Positions 47,662 to 57,107 of a DNA stretch of 64,000 bases are shown piece after piece; the stretch's first letter is position 1, and each line of letters opens with the position of its first letter. The notes under the pieces are model-generated. The model was not told the DNA's origin, did not search any database, and saw nothing but the letters and a program-made list of their open reading frames with translations. The position numbers and the translations under genes were made by a program. The stretch is from Patescibacteria group bacterium (GTDB taxonomy: Bacteria > Patescibacteriota > Patescibacteriia > UBA10025 > JAHIVO01). Location of the stretch: the NCBI GenBank assembly GCA_041649335.1, contig JBAZNF010000001.1:21285-85284 (forward strand), given 5' to 3'.

Positions 47662-48297
47662 ATGCCAAATATCAAACAAAACAACGTAGAGGATATTTTT
47701 GAAGGAACCGATGCAGCCGCGGGTAAAAAGATTGCCAAAAATAGTTCTTCCCGCCGCAGCAAAGACGTACCGCGGGCCATGCCCGCACCTCTCCGACCAA
47801 TAGCTGTCACCCCGCCAGCGCCCTCGTCTGTACCGTCAGGGGAACCGAACAACCGCCGGTTCGTGGTCGCCGCCGTTTCATTGGCAGTCGTCCTGGTAGC
47901 GGCCGGCGCTTTGGCCGCCTGGCGCGGAGGCTTGTTTACCCGGACCACGACGACGGATACGACAGAAAACCATAACGCAGTGCAGGCCGTCGTGACTGAT
48001 ACCGACGGTTCAGCTGTAAACTTGAAACCAATCGACAACACAGTTGTCGACACCGACGGCGACGGCCTGGCAGATGCGGAAGAAAAAACGCAGGGGACCG
48101 ATCCGCTGAAATCCGACACTGACGGCGACGGGCTGTTTGACCGCGAAGAGGCAAAAGTGTTCAAGACCGATCCTCTGAAAAGAGATACAGACAGTGACGG
48201 GATTGATGACGGGACGGAAGTCAGGAATGGATATAATCCCGCCGGTTCCGGAAAATTGTATGATCTCACCAATGCGATCACTAATTCATCCCAATAA
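47662..48297 (+). CDS. Membrane-anchored protein with bacterial TSP3 (DxDxDG) Ca-binding repeats
   Basis: TM helix plus three DTDGDGL...TDP repeats. Confidence 0.8.
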   Translation: MPNIKQNNVEDIFEGTDAAAGKKIAKNSSSRRSKDVPRAMPAPLRPIAVTPPAPSSVPSGEPNNRRFVVAAVSLAVVLVAAGALAAWRGGLFTRTTTTDTTENHNAVQAVVTDTDGSAVNLKPIDNTVVDTDGDGLADAEEKTQGTDPLKSDTDGDGLFDREEAKVFKTDPLKRDTDSDGIDDGTEVRNGYNPAGSGKLYDLTNAITNSSQ

Positions 48298-48309
48298 TTT
48301 ATTGTATCT

Positions 48310-49425
48310 ATGCCAATCAGCCCGCCACCGCCCCCTAACACAAATGAAGATTTACACAAGCCGATCAAGGTGTACACCATGCCGGAGAAGTTCCATGTCG
48401 ATGACCACGGTTCTTCAGGCGGCGGATCAAAACTGATGATCTGGCTTATTGTCATTTTAGCGGTGGTCTTGCTCGGCGTGGCCGGCTTCCTGGCCTATAA
48501 GAAGTTCATGCCATCGACCAATACGACTGAGAATACGAATGAAATAAATGCCAATGTGGCTGTGAACGAGAATATGAACGGAAATGCGAACAAGAATACG
48601 AATTCAGCGGTTAATACAAATTTGAATATCAACGTTAATTCCTCAATTAATACGAACACCGCAGGGAATCAGAACATCTTCCCGAATTTTAACGTCAATA
48701 ACACGAATACGGCATTCAATGCAAATATTACCCCAGTCGTCTCGAGCCAGGACAGCGACAGTGACGGGCTGACTGACGTTGAGGAGACACTGTTTAGCGC
48801 CAACCCGATAAAGGCTGATACGGACGGGGACAGCTATGCCGATGGCCAGGAAGTGGTCGGCGGATATAATCCGACCGGGACGGGATCTATCGAAAGCAGC
48901 AGTGCCCTACGGACATACTATGATCCTTCATATTTCTATTCAATCCTGTATCCGGCCAGCTGGGCGTCATCAGATGACCCCCAAAATACGCGAGGCAAGA
49001 TGTTCACAACCAGTGGAGAATTTGTCGAAGCCAGCGTGCAGGAGAATCCCGCCAACCTGTCTGCACGTGACTGGTATCTGACCCAATCTCCCGGTGTCAA
49101 TTCTTCCCAGATTTCCAGCATCACCAATTGGGACAAGACCTTGTCAGGCGTATTGAGCGTGGACGGTCTAACCGCGTATTTTGTCAGCGGGCAGAAAGTG
49201 TACATCATTAATTATAACCTCAACATATTGACCCAGGCGAATTACAAGTCAACTTTTCAGATGATGTACCGGAGTTTTAAGGTGGGCGTAGTGCCGGTCA
49301 CTACCAATACGAATGCAAATGTCAACGTAAATACGAATACGGTAAATAAAAATTCAAACTCCAATACCAACACCAATACCGCAAACACAAATAGTAATTT
49401 AAATTCCGCAACTAATCGCCTCTGA
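48310..49425 (+). CDS. Membrane-anchored Asn-rich protein with DxDxDG repeats and a globular C-terminal domain
   Basis: TM helix, N-rich stalk, DSDSDGL/DTDGDSY repeats, YSILYPASW and N-rich tail. Confidence 0.8.
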   Translation: MPISPPPPPNTNEDLHKPIKVYTMPEKFHVDDHGSSGGGSKLMIWLIVILAVVLLGVAGFLAYKKFMPSTNTTENTNEINANVAVNENMNGNANKNTNSAVNTNLNINVNSSINTNTAGNQNIFPNFNVNNTNTAFNANITPVVSSQDSDSDGLTDVEETLFSANPIKADTDGDSYADGQEVVGGYNPTGTGSIESSSALRTYYDPSYFYSILYPASWASSDDPQNTRGKMFTTSGEFVEASVQENPANLSARDWYLTQSPGVNSSQISSITNWDKTLSGVLSVDGLTAYFVSGQKVYIINYNLNILTQANYKSTFQMMYRSFKVGVVPVTTNTNANVNVNTNTVNKNSNSNTNTNTANTNSNLNSATNRL

Positions 49426-49871
49426 TGTGGGTATCGGTTAACCAGGTCGTCCCGGTCGGCGTTCGTGTCCAGACTGTCAAGCGCGTGCTGGCAGCGGCTG
49501 CCCGAGTCATGCCTCGGTATGCGTATTCTGAAATTTCTGTCGCTTTCGTCACTGACGCAGTCAGTCGTCGCCTCAACCGCCAGTACCGTCGGATTGACCA
49601 TCCGACCGACGTCCTGTCTTTTTCCGAGCGTGATAGCCGTATACGGATGAGCCGGCAGCCGGGGTATCTCGGTGAAATAATCATCGCTATGCCCCATACT
49701 GCGCGGCAGGCCAGACGCCTTGGGCACACGTTGCGTCATGAAATCACCATATTATTAATCCATGGTTTTTTGCACTTGGTCGGATACGACCATTCGCGGC
49801 GCGCCGACGCACAGCGGATGATCAGGCTGGAACAGCGCATCTTCCGGCAGATTCAGAGTCCTGAACACTAA
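49425..49871 (+). CDS. ybeY: rRNA maturation endoribonuclease YbeY
   Basis: LNRQYR, PTDVLSF and IHGFLHLVGYDH. Confidence 0.93.
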   Translation: MWVSVNQVVPVGVRVQTVKRVLAAAARVMPRYAYSEISVAFVTDAVSRRLNRQYRRIDHPTDVLSFSERDSRIRMSRQPGYLGEIIIAMPHTARQARRLGHTLRHEITILLIHGFLHLVGYDHSRRADAQRMIRLEQRIFRQIQSPEH

Positions 49872-49888
49872 TACTGGTCAAGATATTT

Positions 49889-50257
49889 ATGCCACTTATT
49901 GATTTTGCCAAGCTGGTAAAGAGTTTCCGGTATGCTGGCCGGGGATTTTGGTATACCATAAAAAATGAACAGAATATCCGATTGCATCTGCTGATCAGCC
50001 TGGTGGTCATTATCCTTATGGTATATTTCGAAGTTGCGCTCTGGCAGGTCGTCACACTGCTCATGGTCATGATGTTTGTCCTGGTTCTGGAGTTGATTAA
50101 TACCATTTTTGAAAAAGTGTCAGATATCCTCAGGCCGCGGATACATATGTATGTGGAGGTTATAAAGGATGTCATGGCCGCCGCGGTGCTGGTGGCGTCA
50201 ATCGGGGCGGTTGTGATTGGTATTCTTATTTTTATCCCGTATTTTGTTTCTGGTTAG
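49889..50257 (+). CDS. dgkA: Diacylglycerol/undecaprenol kinase (DgkA family)
   Basis: SFRYAGRG, ELINTIFE and KDVMAAAV. Confidence 0.88.
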   Translation: MPLIDFAKLVKSFRYAGRGFWYTIKNEQNIRLHLLISLVVIILMVYFEVALWQVVTLLMVMMFVLVLELINTIFEKVSDILRPRIHMYVEVIKDVMAAAVLVASIGAVVIGILIFIPYFVSG

Positions 50258-50417
50258 AGCGCTAAGATAAGCCAAATAATTCTTTTATTACCAGTCCAAG
50301 CCGCCTATTTTGCAAATTACCATTAAATACTTTATAATAGGAGTAATATAAGGCGTGTTTGTTCGGAGCTACCAGGACGATAAACACGGCACCAAGCGTA
50401 AGTTCGAAAATAACATT

Positions 50418-51671
50418 ATGGCAAAAGAAGAAATCATTACCGGTCTTGATATCGGCTCAACTACTATTCGGATAGTGGTTGGTCAACTGAATCCGCATGA
50501 TAATAAAATTCATGTTTTAGGTGCCGCTGAACATCCGGCAGAGGGAGTCAGTAAAGGTACGATTACTAGCATTGAAGATGCCGTTTCTTCGATTTCGGCC
50601 ACGTTAGAGAAGGTGGAGCGCATGACGGGCATTCCGGTCGAGCATGTATATGTAGGCATCAATGGGAGCCACATCACCGCCCAGGAAAGCCATGGGGTGA
50701 TAGCGGTTTCGAAATCAGACGGAGAAATCCGCGAGGAGGACATTGAACGCGTTATTGAAGCCGCGCAGGCAGTGGCGACCCCTCCGAATTATGAAATTCT
50801 GCATGTGATACCGCGCAGCTTTACTGTTGACAACCAGAAAGGCATCAAGGATCCGGTCGGCATGACTGGCATCAGACTAGAGGTTGATGCTCAGATTATC
50901 CAGGGGTTGTCATCGCAGGTAAAAAATATCACCAAATGCATTTATCGGACCGGTATTGACATCAATGACCTCGTGCTTGGCGTTTTGGCATCAGCAGAGT
51001 CCGTCTTAACGAAAAAACAGCGCGACCTGGGCGTTGCCCTTTTGAATATCGGCGGGTCGACAACTAGCCTGTTGGTGTTTGAAGAGGGGGATGTTCTGCA
51101 TACGGCGATCCTGCCGGTCGGTTCGAGCCATATCACAAACGATATCGCCATCGGGTTACGGACGTCCATTGATTTGGCTGAGAAGATAAAAATAGAATAC
51201 GGATCGGCGCTGCCCGAAGAGATCAACAAGCGCGAAGAGATTAATCTGGCAGAAATTGATACACGTGAAGAAGGCGTCGTGTCACGGAGGCATGTGGCAG
51301 AGATCATCGAAGCACGAAGTGAGGAGATTTTTAAAATGGCTGACAAGGAATTACAGAAGATCGATCGAGCCGGTTTGCTTCCAGCAGGCGTCGTCATTAC
51401 CGGCGGTGGCGCAAAACTCGAAGGGCTGATCGATGTGGCCAAGCGAGAATTCAAGTTGCCTGCTTCACTCGGCTTCCCGCTTGATTTGGCGTCGACAGCC
51501 GTGGACAAGGTCAATGACGTGAATTACTCAACCGCTGTCGGGCTGCTGTACTGGGGCGCTGGTTTGTCGGAAAAGTCAGGCGCCGGCCGGTCATTCAAAA
51601 TGCCGAATTTTTCTTCCGCAAAAGAGGTTACCTCAAAAATGAAGCAATGGTTTAAATCGCTGATACCATAA
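50418..51671 (+). CDS. ftsA: Cell division protein FtsA
   Basis: GLDIGST, DPVGMTGIRLE, TGGGAKL and C-terminal amphipathic helix. Confidence 0.95.
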   Translation: MAKEEIITGLDIGSTTIRIVVGQLNPHDNKIHVLGAAEHPAEGVSKGTITSIEDAVSSISATLEKVERMTGIPVEHVYVGINGSHITAQESHGVIAVSKSDGEIREEDIERVIEAAQAVATPPNYEILHVIPRSFTVDNQKGIKDPVGMTGIRLEVDAQIIQGLSSQVKNITKCIYRTGIDINDLVLGVLASAESVLTKKQRDLGVALLNIGGSTTSLLVFEEGDVLHTAILPVGSSHITNDIAIGLRTSIDLAEKIKIEYGSALPEEINKREEINLAEIDTREEGVVSRRHVAEIIEARSEEIFKMADKELQKIDRAGLLPAGVVITGGGAKLEGLIDVAKREFKLPASLGFPLDLASTAVDKVNDVNYSTAVGLLYWGAGLSEKSGAGRSFKMPNFSSAKEVTSKMKQWFKSLIP

Positions 51672-51720
51672 AAGACGGAGGGACTATTTAATGAAAAATT
51701 ACAATTCAAATCGGAATACT

Positions 51721-52893
51721 ATGGAAATAAAACCTGACATTGAGACATTTGCGAAGATAAAAGTCGTCGGGGTCGGCGGGTCTGGCGGGGCAGCTATAGA
51801 CCGCATGATAAGTACGAAAATCCGCGGGGTTGAATTCATCGCGATCAATACTGACGCCCAGGCGCTGCACCATTCCAAGGCGCCACATAAGCTTCATATC
51901 GGCAAGACGACGACGAGGGGGCTGGGCGCTGGCATGGACGCAGAAATAGGGCGTAAGGCTGCTGAGGAGAACCAGGATGAGATTCATGACCTCCTGAAAG
52001 GCTCTGACATGATTTTTATCACCTGTGGCATGGGCGGAGGCACTGGTACCGGCGCTTCCCCGCTGATTGCCGATATCGCAAAAGATGTCGGGGCGTTGAC
52101 CGTCGCTGTCGTCACCAAGCCTTTTTCTTTCGAGGGAGCCCAGCGCAAGAGTATTGCAGATTCCGGTTTAGCCGAGTTAACGGAAAAAGTAGATACGATC
52201 ATTACCATACCCAATGACCGCATTTTACAGATTATTGATAAAAAAACGTCTTTATTGGATGCATTCCAGACGGTGGATGAGATATTGCGCCAGGGCGTGC
52301 AGGGCATATCGGATCTCATCACTGTTCCCGGCCTGATCAATGTGGATTTTGCCGATGTGCGTTCGATTATGGAAAGTGCCGGATCCGCGCTGATGGGCAT
52401 CGGCCAGGGGTCAGGGGAGAACCGGGCTATTGATGCGGCAAAAGCGGCTGTTGACAGTCCGCTGCTTGAATTGTCCATTGAAGGGGCAAAGGGCATTCTC
52501 TTTACGGTAACCGGCGGTCCTGATCTCGGTATGTACGAAGTCAATGAAGCTGCACGGATTATTACGTCGTCCGCGGATCCAAACGCCCGAGTCATTTTTG
52601 GAGCCGTCATTGATGACAGCATGAAGGAACAGATGAAAATTACCGTCATCGCCACTGGATTCGGGGGCAAGCAAAAGTCCCTGAAAAAGATAAAGCCGAT
52701 GGGATTCGGAGGTATGGTGGAGCGTGAGGAGCCGAAAACATTTTTTTCCGCCAGTAAAATAAAATCAACGCCGCCAGAACCTAAACCAAGCTATACGCCG
52801 CCCCCGGCTACCCCGGCACCGAAGAAGGAGCCGGTCAAGTCAGATGAGGAAGACCTGGAAATCCCGGCCTTCATCCGCAAGAAGATGATGTAG
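51721..52893 (+). CDS. ftsZ: Cell division protein FtsZ
   Basis: GMGGGTGTG, NVDFADV and C-terminal LEIPAFIR; alternative start at 51691. Confidence 0.97.
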   Translation: MEIKPDIETFAKIKVVGVGGSGGAAIDRMISTKIRGVEFIAINTDAQALHHSKAPHKLHIGKTTTRGLGAGMDAEIGRKAAEENQDEIHDLLKGSDMIFITCGMGGGTGTGASPLIADIAKDVGALTVAVVTKPFSFEGAQRKSIADSGLAELTEKVDTIITIPNDRILQIIDKKTSLLDAFQTVDEILRQGVQGISDLITVPGLINVDFADVRSIMESAGSALMGIGQGSGENRAIDAAKAAVDSPLLELSIEGAKGILFTVTGGPDLGMYEVNEAARIITSSADPNARVIFGAVIDDSMKEQMKITVIATGFGGKQKSLKKIKPMGFGGMVEREEPKTFFSASKIKSTPPEPKPSYTPPPATPAPKKEPVKSDEEDLEIPAFIRKKMM

Positions 52894-53041
52894 GCGGCGG
52901 ATCGTATTTACCCTGAGAAATTGCCAGTTAATAACCAAAATCGTCAGCTGTGGCCTGCTTTGTGCTGCTAATTGTTTGCTGTCGGCAGATTCCGATACCA
53001 TTTGTCCGGCAGTCCCGGTAGCAGTGGAAAATTTTTATCAG

Positions 53042-53050
53042 TTATCCACA
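53042..53050 (+). promoter_or_regulatory. DnaA box
   Basis: Perfect TTATCCACA 30 bp upstream of the nrdR -35. Confidence 0.5.
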
Positions 53051-53080
53051 GTGAATTTGATTTTTTGCTAATGTATGTTA

Positions 53081-53136
53081 TTGACCGTTACTATATATAG
53101 TAGTATAATGATTAGTAGACGTACTAGATGTTGATA
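53081..53136 (+). promoter_or_regulatory. nrdR promoter with tandem NrdR boxes
   Basis: TTGACC-17 bp-TATAAT; boxes TTACTATATATAGTAG (53088-53103) and GTACTAGATGTTGATA (53121-53136) match acaCwAtATaTwGtgt. Confidence 0.8.
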
Positions 53137-53138
53137 TT

Positions 53139-53615
53139 ATGAAATGCCCGGCTTGCCATCATACGGACACGAAGGTCAGTGATTCCCGCTTAGTTTATGA
53201 CGGGATGGCCATCCGCCGCCGCCGCCAGTGCTTGAAATGCAATTTTCGGTTTTCCACATATGAAGAGGTCGAAATACTCAATGTAACTGTTATTAAACGG
53301 GACGGCCGGCGTGAACCGTACTCAAAGGACAAGCTGGAGTCGGGGCTGAAAAAATCATTTGAAAAAAGGCCGATCACCCAGGACGAGTTTAAGCGGCTGG
53401 TGAGCCTAGTCGAGCGTGACATCCAGATGCTCGGCCATGAAGAGATAAAAACCAGCCAGATTGGCGAGATCGTGATGAAGCACCTGAAAAAAAGAGACGA
53501 GGTCGCTTACATCCGTTTTGCATCGGTCTATCGGTCATTCAGGGATGCCAAAACATTCCAACATGAGCTCCGCAAGCTGCTGACGCCCCGGAGCATGAAA
53601 AAAAATAAACATTAA
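53139..53615 (+). CDS. nrdR: Transcriptional repressor NrdR
   Basis: MKCPAC, RRRRQC, ATP cone and VAYIRFASVY. Confidence 0.96.
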   Translation: MKCPACHHTDTKVSDSRLVYDGMAIRRRRQCLKCNFRFSTYEEVEILNVTVIKRDGRREPYSKDKLESGLKKSFEKRPITQDEFKRLVSLVERDIQMLGHEEIKTSQIGEIVMKHLKKRDEVAYIRFASVYRSFRDAKTFQHELRKLLTPRSMKKNKH

Positions 53616-53628
53616 GGTACTTATACGT

Positions 53629-55926
53629 ATGGTAAAGATCACCAAAATCCGTAAACGATCGGGAGTTGTCGTGGATTTCGACCTGTCAAAGATCTCCAAT
53701 GCAATTTATAAGGCATCGGTATCGGTCCAGAAGGACGATCAGAAATTAGCCGAGAAGCTGGGGAAAAAAGTAGCCGGCATCCTCGAGAAAAAATATGACA
53801 GTACTACTATTCCGACTGTGGAACAGATCCAGGACATTGTCGAGGAGGTCCTGATTAAGGAGAAGCAGATTCAGCTGGCCAAAGCCTATATCCTGTACCG
53901 TAAAGAGCACCAGAAAATTCGTGCCGCGAAGGGGATGTATCTGGGCTTGGCGGAACTGGATACGAATCTGACTGTCAACGCATTGCGGGTCTTGTCAAAG
54001 CGGTACTTGCGGAAGAATCCGAACGGCAAAGTGATCGAGACGCCGCCGCAAATGTTCCGTCGCGTGGCGGCCAATATTGCGCAGGCAGATACCCGGTACG
54101 ATACACTGTTGACCCAGAAGGTGGATGTGGAAAAAACTGAAGAGGAATTTTACCAGGTGCTGTCCCGTTTAGAATTTGTCCCTAATTCTCCCACACTGAT
54201 GAATGCCGGCAAGGAATTGCAGCAGCTGGCCGCCTGTTTTGTGTTGCCGGTCGGGGATTCGATGGAGGAAATTTTTGACGCGGTCAAATGGACCGCCCTG
54301 GTGCATAAGACCGGGGGCGGGACCGGTTTTTCGTTTAGCCGTCTCCGTCCGAAAAATGACCGGGTCATGTCTACTAAAGGAGTGGCTTCTGGCCCCGTGT
54401 CCTTTATGACCGTATTTGACGCCGCCACGGAAACCATCAAGCAGGGCGGGACGCGGCGCGGCGCAAATATGGGCATCTTGCGCGTTGATCATCCGGATAT
54501 TTTGGAATTTATTACCGCCAAAGAGAATAATGACCGGCTGAATAATTTCAATATTTCCGTCGCGGTGACGGAAGAATTCATGAAAGCGGTGGAACAGAAC
54601 ACTGATTATGACCTGATCAATCCCAAGGACAAAACGAGCATTGACCGCCTGAATGCGCGGAAAGTTTTTGACCTGATCGTAACGTTGGCCTGGAAAAACG
54701 GTGATCCGGGCATCGTGTTTATTGACCGCATCAACCGGGACAACCCGACCCCGCATGTCGCCGAGATGGAAGCGACGAACCCGTGCGGCGAACAGCCGTT
54801 ATTACCGTTTGAAGCATGCAATCTCGGATCACTAAATCTGTCGAGAATGGTTAAGGGGGATTTTTTCCTCGGCGAAGAGGTTACCCTTGATTGGGACAAG
54901 CTGAGACAGACGATACGGACATCCATCCATTTCCTTGATAACGTCATTGATATGAGCCATTATCCGTTGCCGCAGATTACCGATATGGTCCATAACAACC
55001 GTAAGATCGGTTTGGGCCTGATGGGATGGGCGGACCTGCTGATCATGCTCGGCATCCCGTATGATAGCCAGGAGGCTGTGGATTTGGGTGAGAAAGTGAT
55101 GGGATTCATTGCGGCAGAATCAAAGATAATGTCGCAGGACCTGGCCCGTGACCGTGGGCAGTTCCCTAACTTTGAAGGCAGTGTTTATGACAAGCCAGGC
55201 GCCCCGAAGATGCGCAATGCCACCACCAATACGATTGCCCCAACCGGAACTATCAGCATCATCGCCGGATGCTCATCCGGCATCGAGCCGTTATTTGCCA
55301 TATCATATGTCCGTAATGTCATGGATGATAATGAACTGATAGAGGTGAATCCGTTATTCGAATTGATCGCCAGACGAGAGGGTTTTTACAGCGAAGAACT
55401 GATGAAGAAGATCGCCGAACATGGCGGCGTACAGGGCATGGATGAGGTGCCGGCCAAATGGCAGAGACTGTTTGTGGTTTCGCATGACATCATCCCGGAG
55501 TGGCACCTGAAGATGCAGGCCGTGTACCAGAAACATACCGACAATGCCGTGTCCAAGACCGTTAATTTCCCCAATGACGCAAAGGTTGAGGATGTCGAGG
55601 AAGTGTATATGCTTGCTTACCGCCAGGGGTGTAAAGGGGTGACGATTTACCGTGACCGTTCGCGGGACGTACAGGTGCTCAATATCGGTTCCGTTAAGCA
55701 TAAGGAGCTGAAGAAATCATTCAGCTATAATTATGACGATTTACGAAGCGGGGCATCGGTACCGACAGTCAAGACGGCGAGCGAACCGGAAAAAGTGCCG
55801 GTTGCCAGCGCTGTCCAGCGCAGCCACATTATTGAAGTGTGCCCGGAATGCAAGACGAACATGGAAATCAAGGAAGGGTGTTCGGTCTGCCCGAAATGTG
55901 GATTTTCGGCATGCAGTCTTGGATAA
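53629..55926 (+). CDS. nrdJ: Class II (adenosylcobalamin-dependent) ribonucleotide reductase with ATP cone
   Basis: NSPTLMNAG, ACFV, TNPCGEQPL, IAPTGTIS and C-terminal zinc ribbon; no adjacent nrdB/F. Confidence 0.93.
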   Translation: MVKITKIRKRSGVVVDFDLSKISNAIYKASVSVQKDDQKLAEKLGKKVAGILEKKYDSTTIPTVEQIQDIVEEVLIKEKQIQLAKAYILYRKEHQKIRAAKGMYLGLAELDTNLTVNALRVLSKRYLRKNPNGKVIETPPQMFRRVAANIAQADTRYDTLLTQKVDVEKTEEEFYQVLSRLEFVPNSPTLMNAGKELQQLAACFVLPVGDSMEEIFDAVKWTALVHKTGGGTGFSFSRLRPKNDRVMSTKGVASGPVSFMTVFDAATETIKQGGTRRGANMGILRVDHPDILEFITAKENNDRLNNFNISVAVTEEFMKAVEQNTDYDLINPKDKTSIDRLNARKVFDLIVTLAWKNGDPGIVFIDRINRDNPTPHVAEMEATNPCGEQPLLPFEACNLGSLNLSRMVKGDFFLGEEVTLDWDKLRQTIRTSIHFLDNVIDMSHYPLPQITDMVHNNRKIGLGLMGWADLLIMLGIPYDSQEAVDLGEKVMGFIAAESKIMSQDLARDRGQFPNFEGSVYDKPGAPKMRNATTNTIAPTGTISIIAGCSSGIEPLFAISYVRNVMDDNELIEVNPLFELIARREGFYSEELMKKIAEHGGVQGMDEVPAKWQRLFVVSHDIIPEWHLKMQAVYQKHTDNAVSKTVNFPNDAKVEDVEEVYMLAYRQGCKGVTIYRDRSRDVQVLNIGSVKHKELKKSFSYNYDDLRSGASVPTVKTASEPEKVPVASAVQRSHIIEVCPECKTNMEIKEGCSVCPKCGFSACSLG

Positions 55927-56014
55927 TATTTCCAGCAAATATCCGCGACGCGGTATGGCCGGTGGACTCACCGCATGGCAGCAGAGGGACTATTTGGGGA
56001 CGATTGATTTGACT

Positions 56015-56560
56015 ATGAAGTTTAAAAAAATAGACAGCGGTTTGGTACATATATATACCGGGGACGGCAAGGGCAAAACCACAGCAGCCCTTGGACTGGC
56101 GTTGCGGGCGATCAGCTATAAAAAACATGTGCTGATGGTCCAGTTCATAAAGGGTCCCTGGCGTTCTGGTGAGCTCGATATCGTAAAAAAATTATCCCCA
56201 TACCTGCAGATCGTAGCGCTGGGTGAAGGGTTCGTAAAAATACTGGGCGACCGGAAGCCATTCCAGGCGCATCAGCGGGCGGCCCGGAATGCACTCCGTC
56301 AGGCAGCGCTGGCAATACGGTCCGGCCAGTTCGGCATGGTGATACTGGATGAAGTTAATGTGGCCATACGGGAAAAACTGGTCACTGCCGCATCAGTAGC
56401 CCGTCTCGTGAGGGCCAAGCCGTCGGCCGTCGAACTGGTTTTGACAGGACGGCATGCACCAGCTACACTAATACAATTGGCTGATTATGTGTCGGAAATC
56501 AAGATGATCAAGCATCCCTTCACTCGGGGCATTCTAGCCCGGCCATCAATCGATTATTAA
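56015..56560 (+). CDS. cobO: Cob(I)alamin adenosyltransferase (CobO/BtuR)
   Basis: YTGDGKGKTTAALG, QFIKG, ILDEV, LVLTGR and KHPF. Confidence 0.93.
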   Translation: MKFKKIDSGLVHIYTGDGKGKTTAALGLALRAISYKKHVLMVQFIKGPWRSGELDIVKKLSPYLQIVALGEGFVKILGDRKPFQAHQRAARNALRQAALAIRSGQFGMVILDEVNVAIREKLVTAASVARLVRAKPSAVELVLTGRHAPATLIQLADYVSEIKMIKHPFTRGILARPSIDY

Positions 56561-56579
56561 TTATTTACCATATAACCGT

Positions 56580-57089
56580 ATGGACAAAAACGATACCAAG
56601 ATCCATTGGTGGTTTATCAGCGCCACGTTAAGCGTGGCAGTGGTACTGGTTACCGCCTTGGCCATTTCTAGTTACAATACTGACGTCGTTATAGCCGACC
56701 AGACGACCCATATGCAGAAAGTGCAGGTGGCAGTGGGTCCCCAGGTTCCGTCCGGAAAGGTTGCCGGGGTAGAGGTGGTCCGGGCCAAAGTCATCATCCA
56801 GCGCAGCATCACCGGGAATACCGTCAGCGTTGACATGAACCTGGAAGCCGGTTCGACAGTATTTGATGCGCTTCAGGATGCTGTCGTTGCCTATGGTCTC
56901 CCGTTAGACACGAAAGATTATGGCGATCTCGGCGTGTTGGTGAACAGCATCGGTGATCTGGTCGGAGGCCAAGATGGCAAGTACTGGTCATATTATGTGA
57001 ATGGCGAGCCGGCGACCATAGCTGTCAATCAGCAGGTGGTTCAACCGGGCGATACGATAGAGTTCAAGTTTGCCGAGAGCCTGTTCTAA
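56580..57089 (+). CDS. Membrane-anchored DUF4430 (transcobalamin beta-domain-like) protein
   Basis: TM helix, STVFDAL, G..VNSIG, YWSYYVNG and PGDTIEF. Confidence 0.8.
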   Translation: MDKNDTKIHWWFISATLSVAVVLVTALAISSYNTDVVIADQTTHMQKVQVAVGPQVPSGKVAGVEVVRAKVIIQRSITGNTVSVDMNLEAGSTVFDALQDAVVAYGLPLDTKDYGDLGVLVNSIGDLVGGQDGKYWSYYVNGEPATIAVNQQVVQPGDTIEFKFAESLF

Positions 57090-57107
57090 TAGGTAATATT
57101 TCATTCT

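Noticed and set aside
48040-48240. Periodic GACACCGACGGCGACGG-like repeats as a possible CRISPR array
   Set aside because: They are in-frame, degenerate codons for DxDGDG repeats; there are no identical repeats with unique spacers and no cas genes
53629-55926. Intein or intron in nrdJ
   Set aside because: Length and motif spacing are normal, with no splice-junction motifs
55733-56014. N-terminal extension of cobO suggesting a fusion or frameshift with nrdJ
   Set aside because: CobO homology begins at ATG 56015 and nrdJ ends normally with its zinc ribbon
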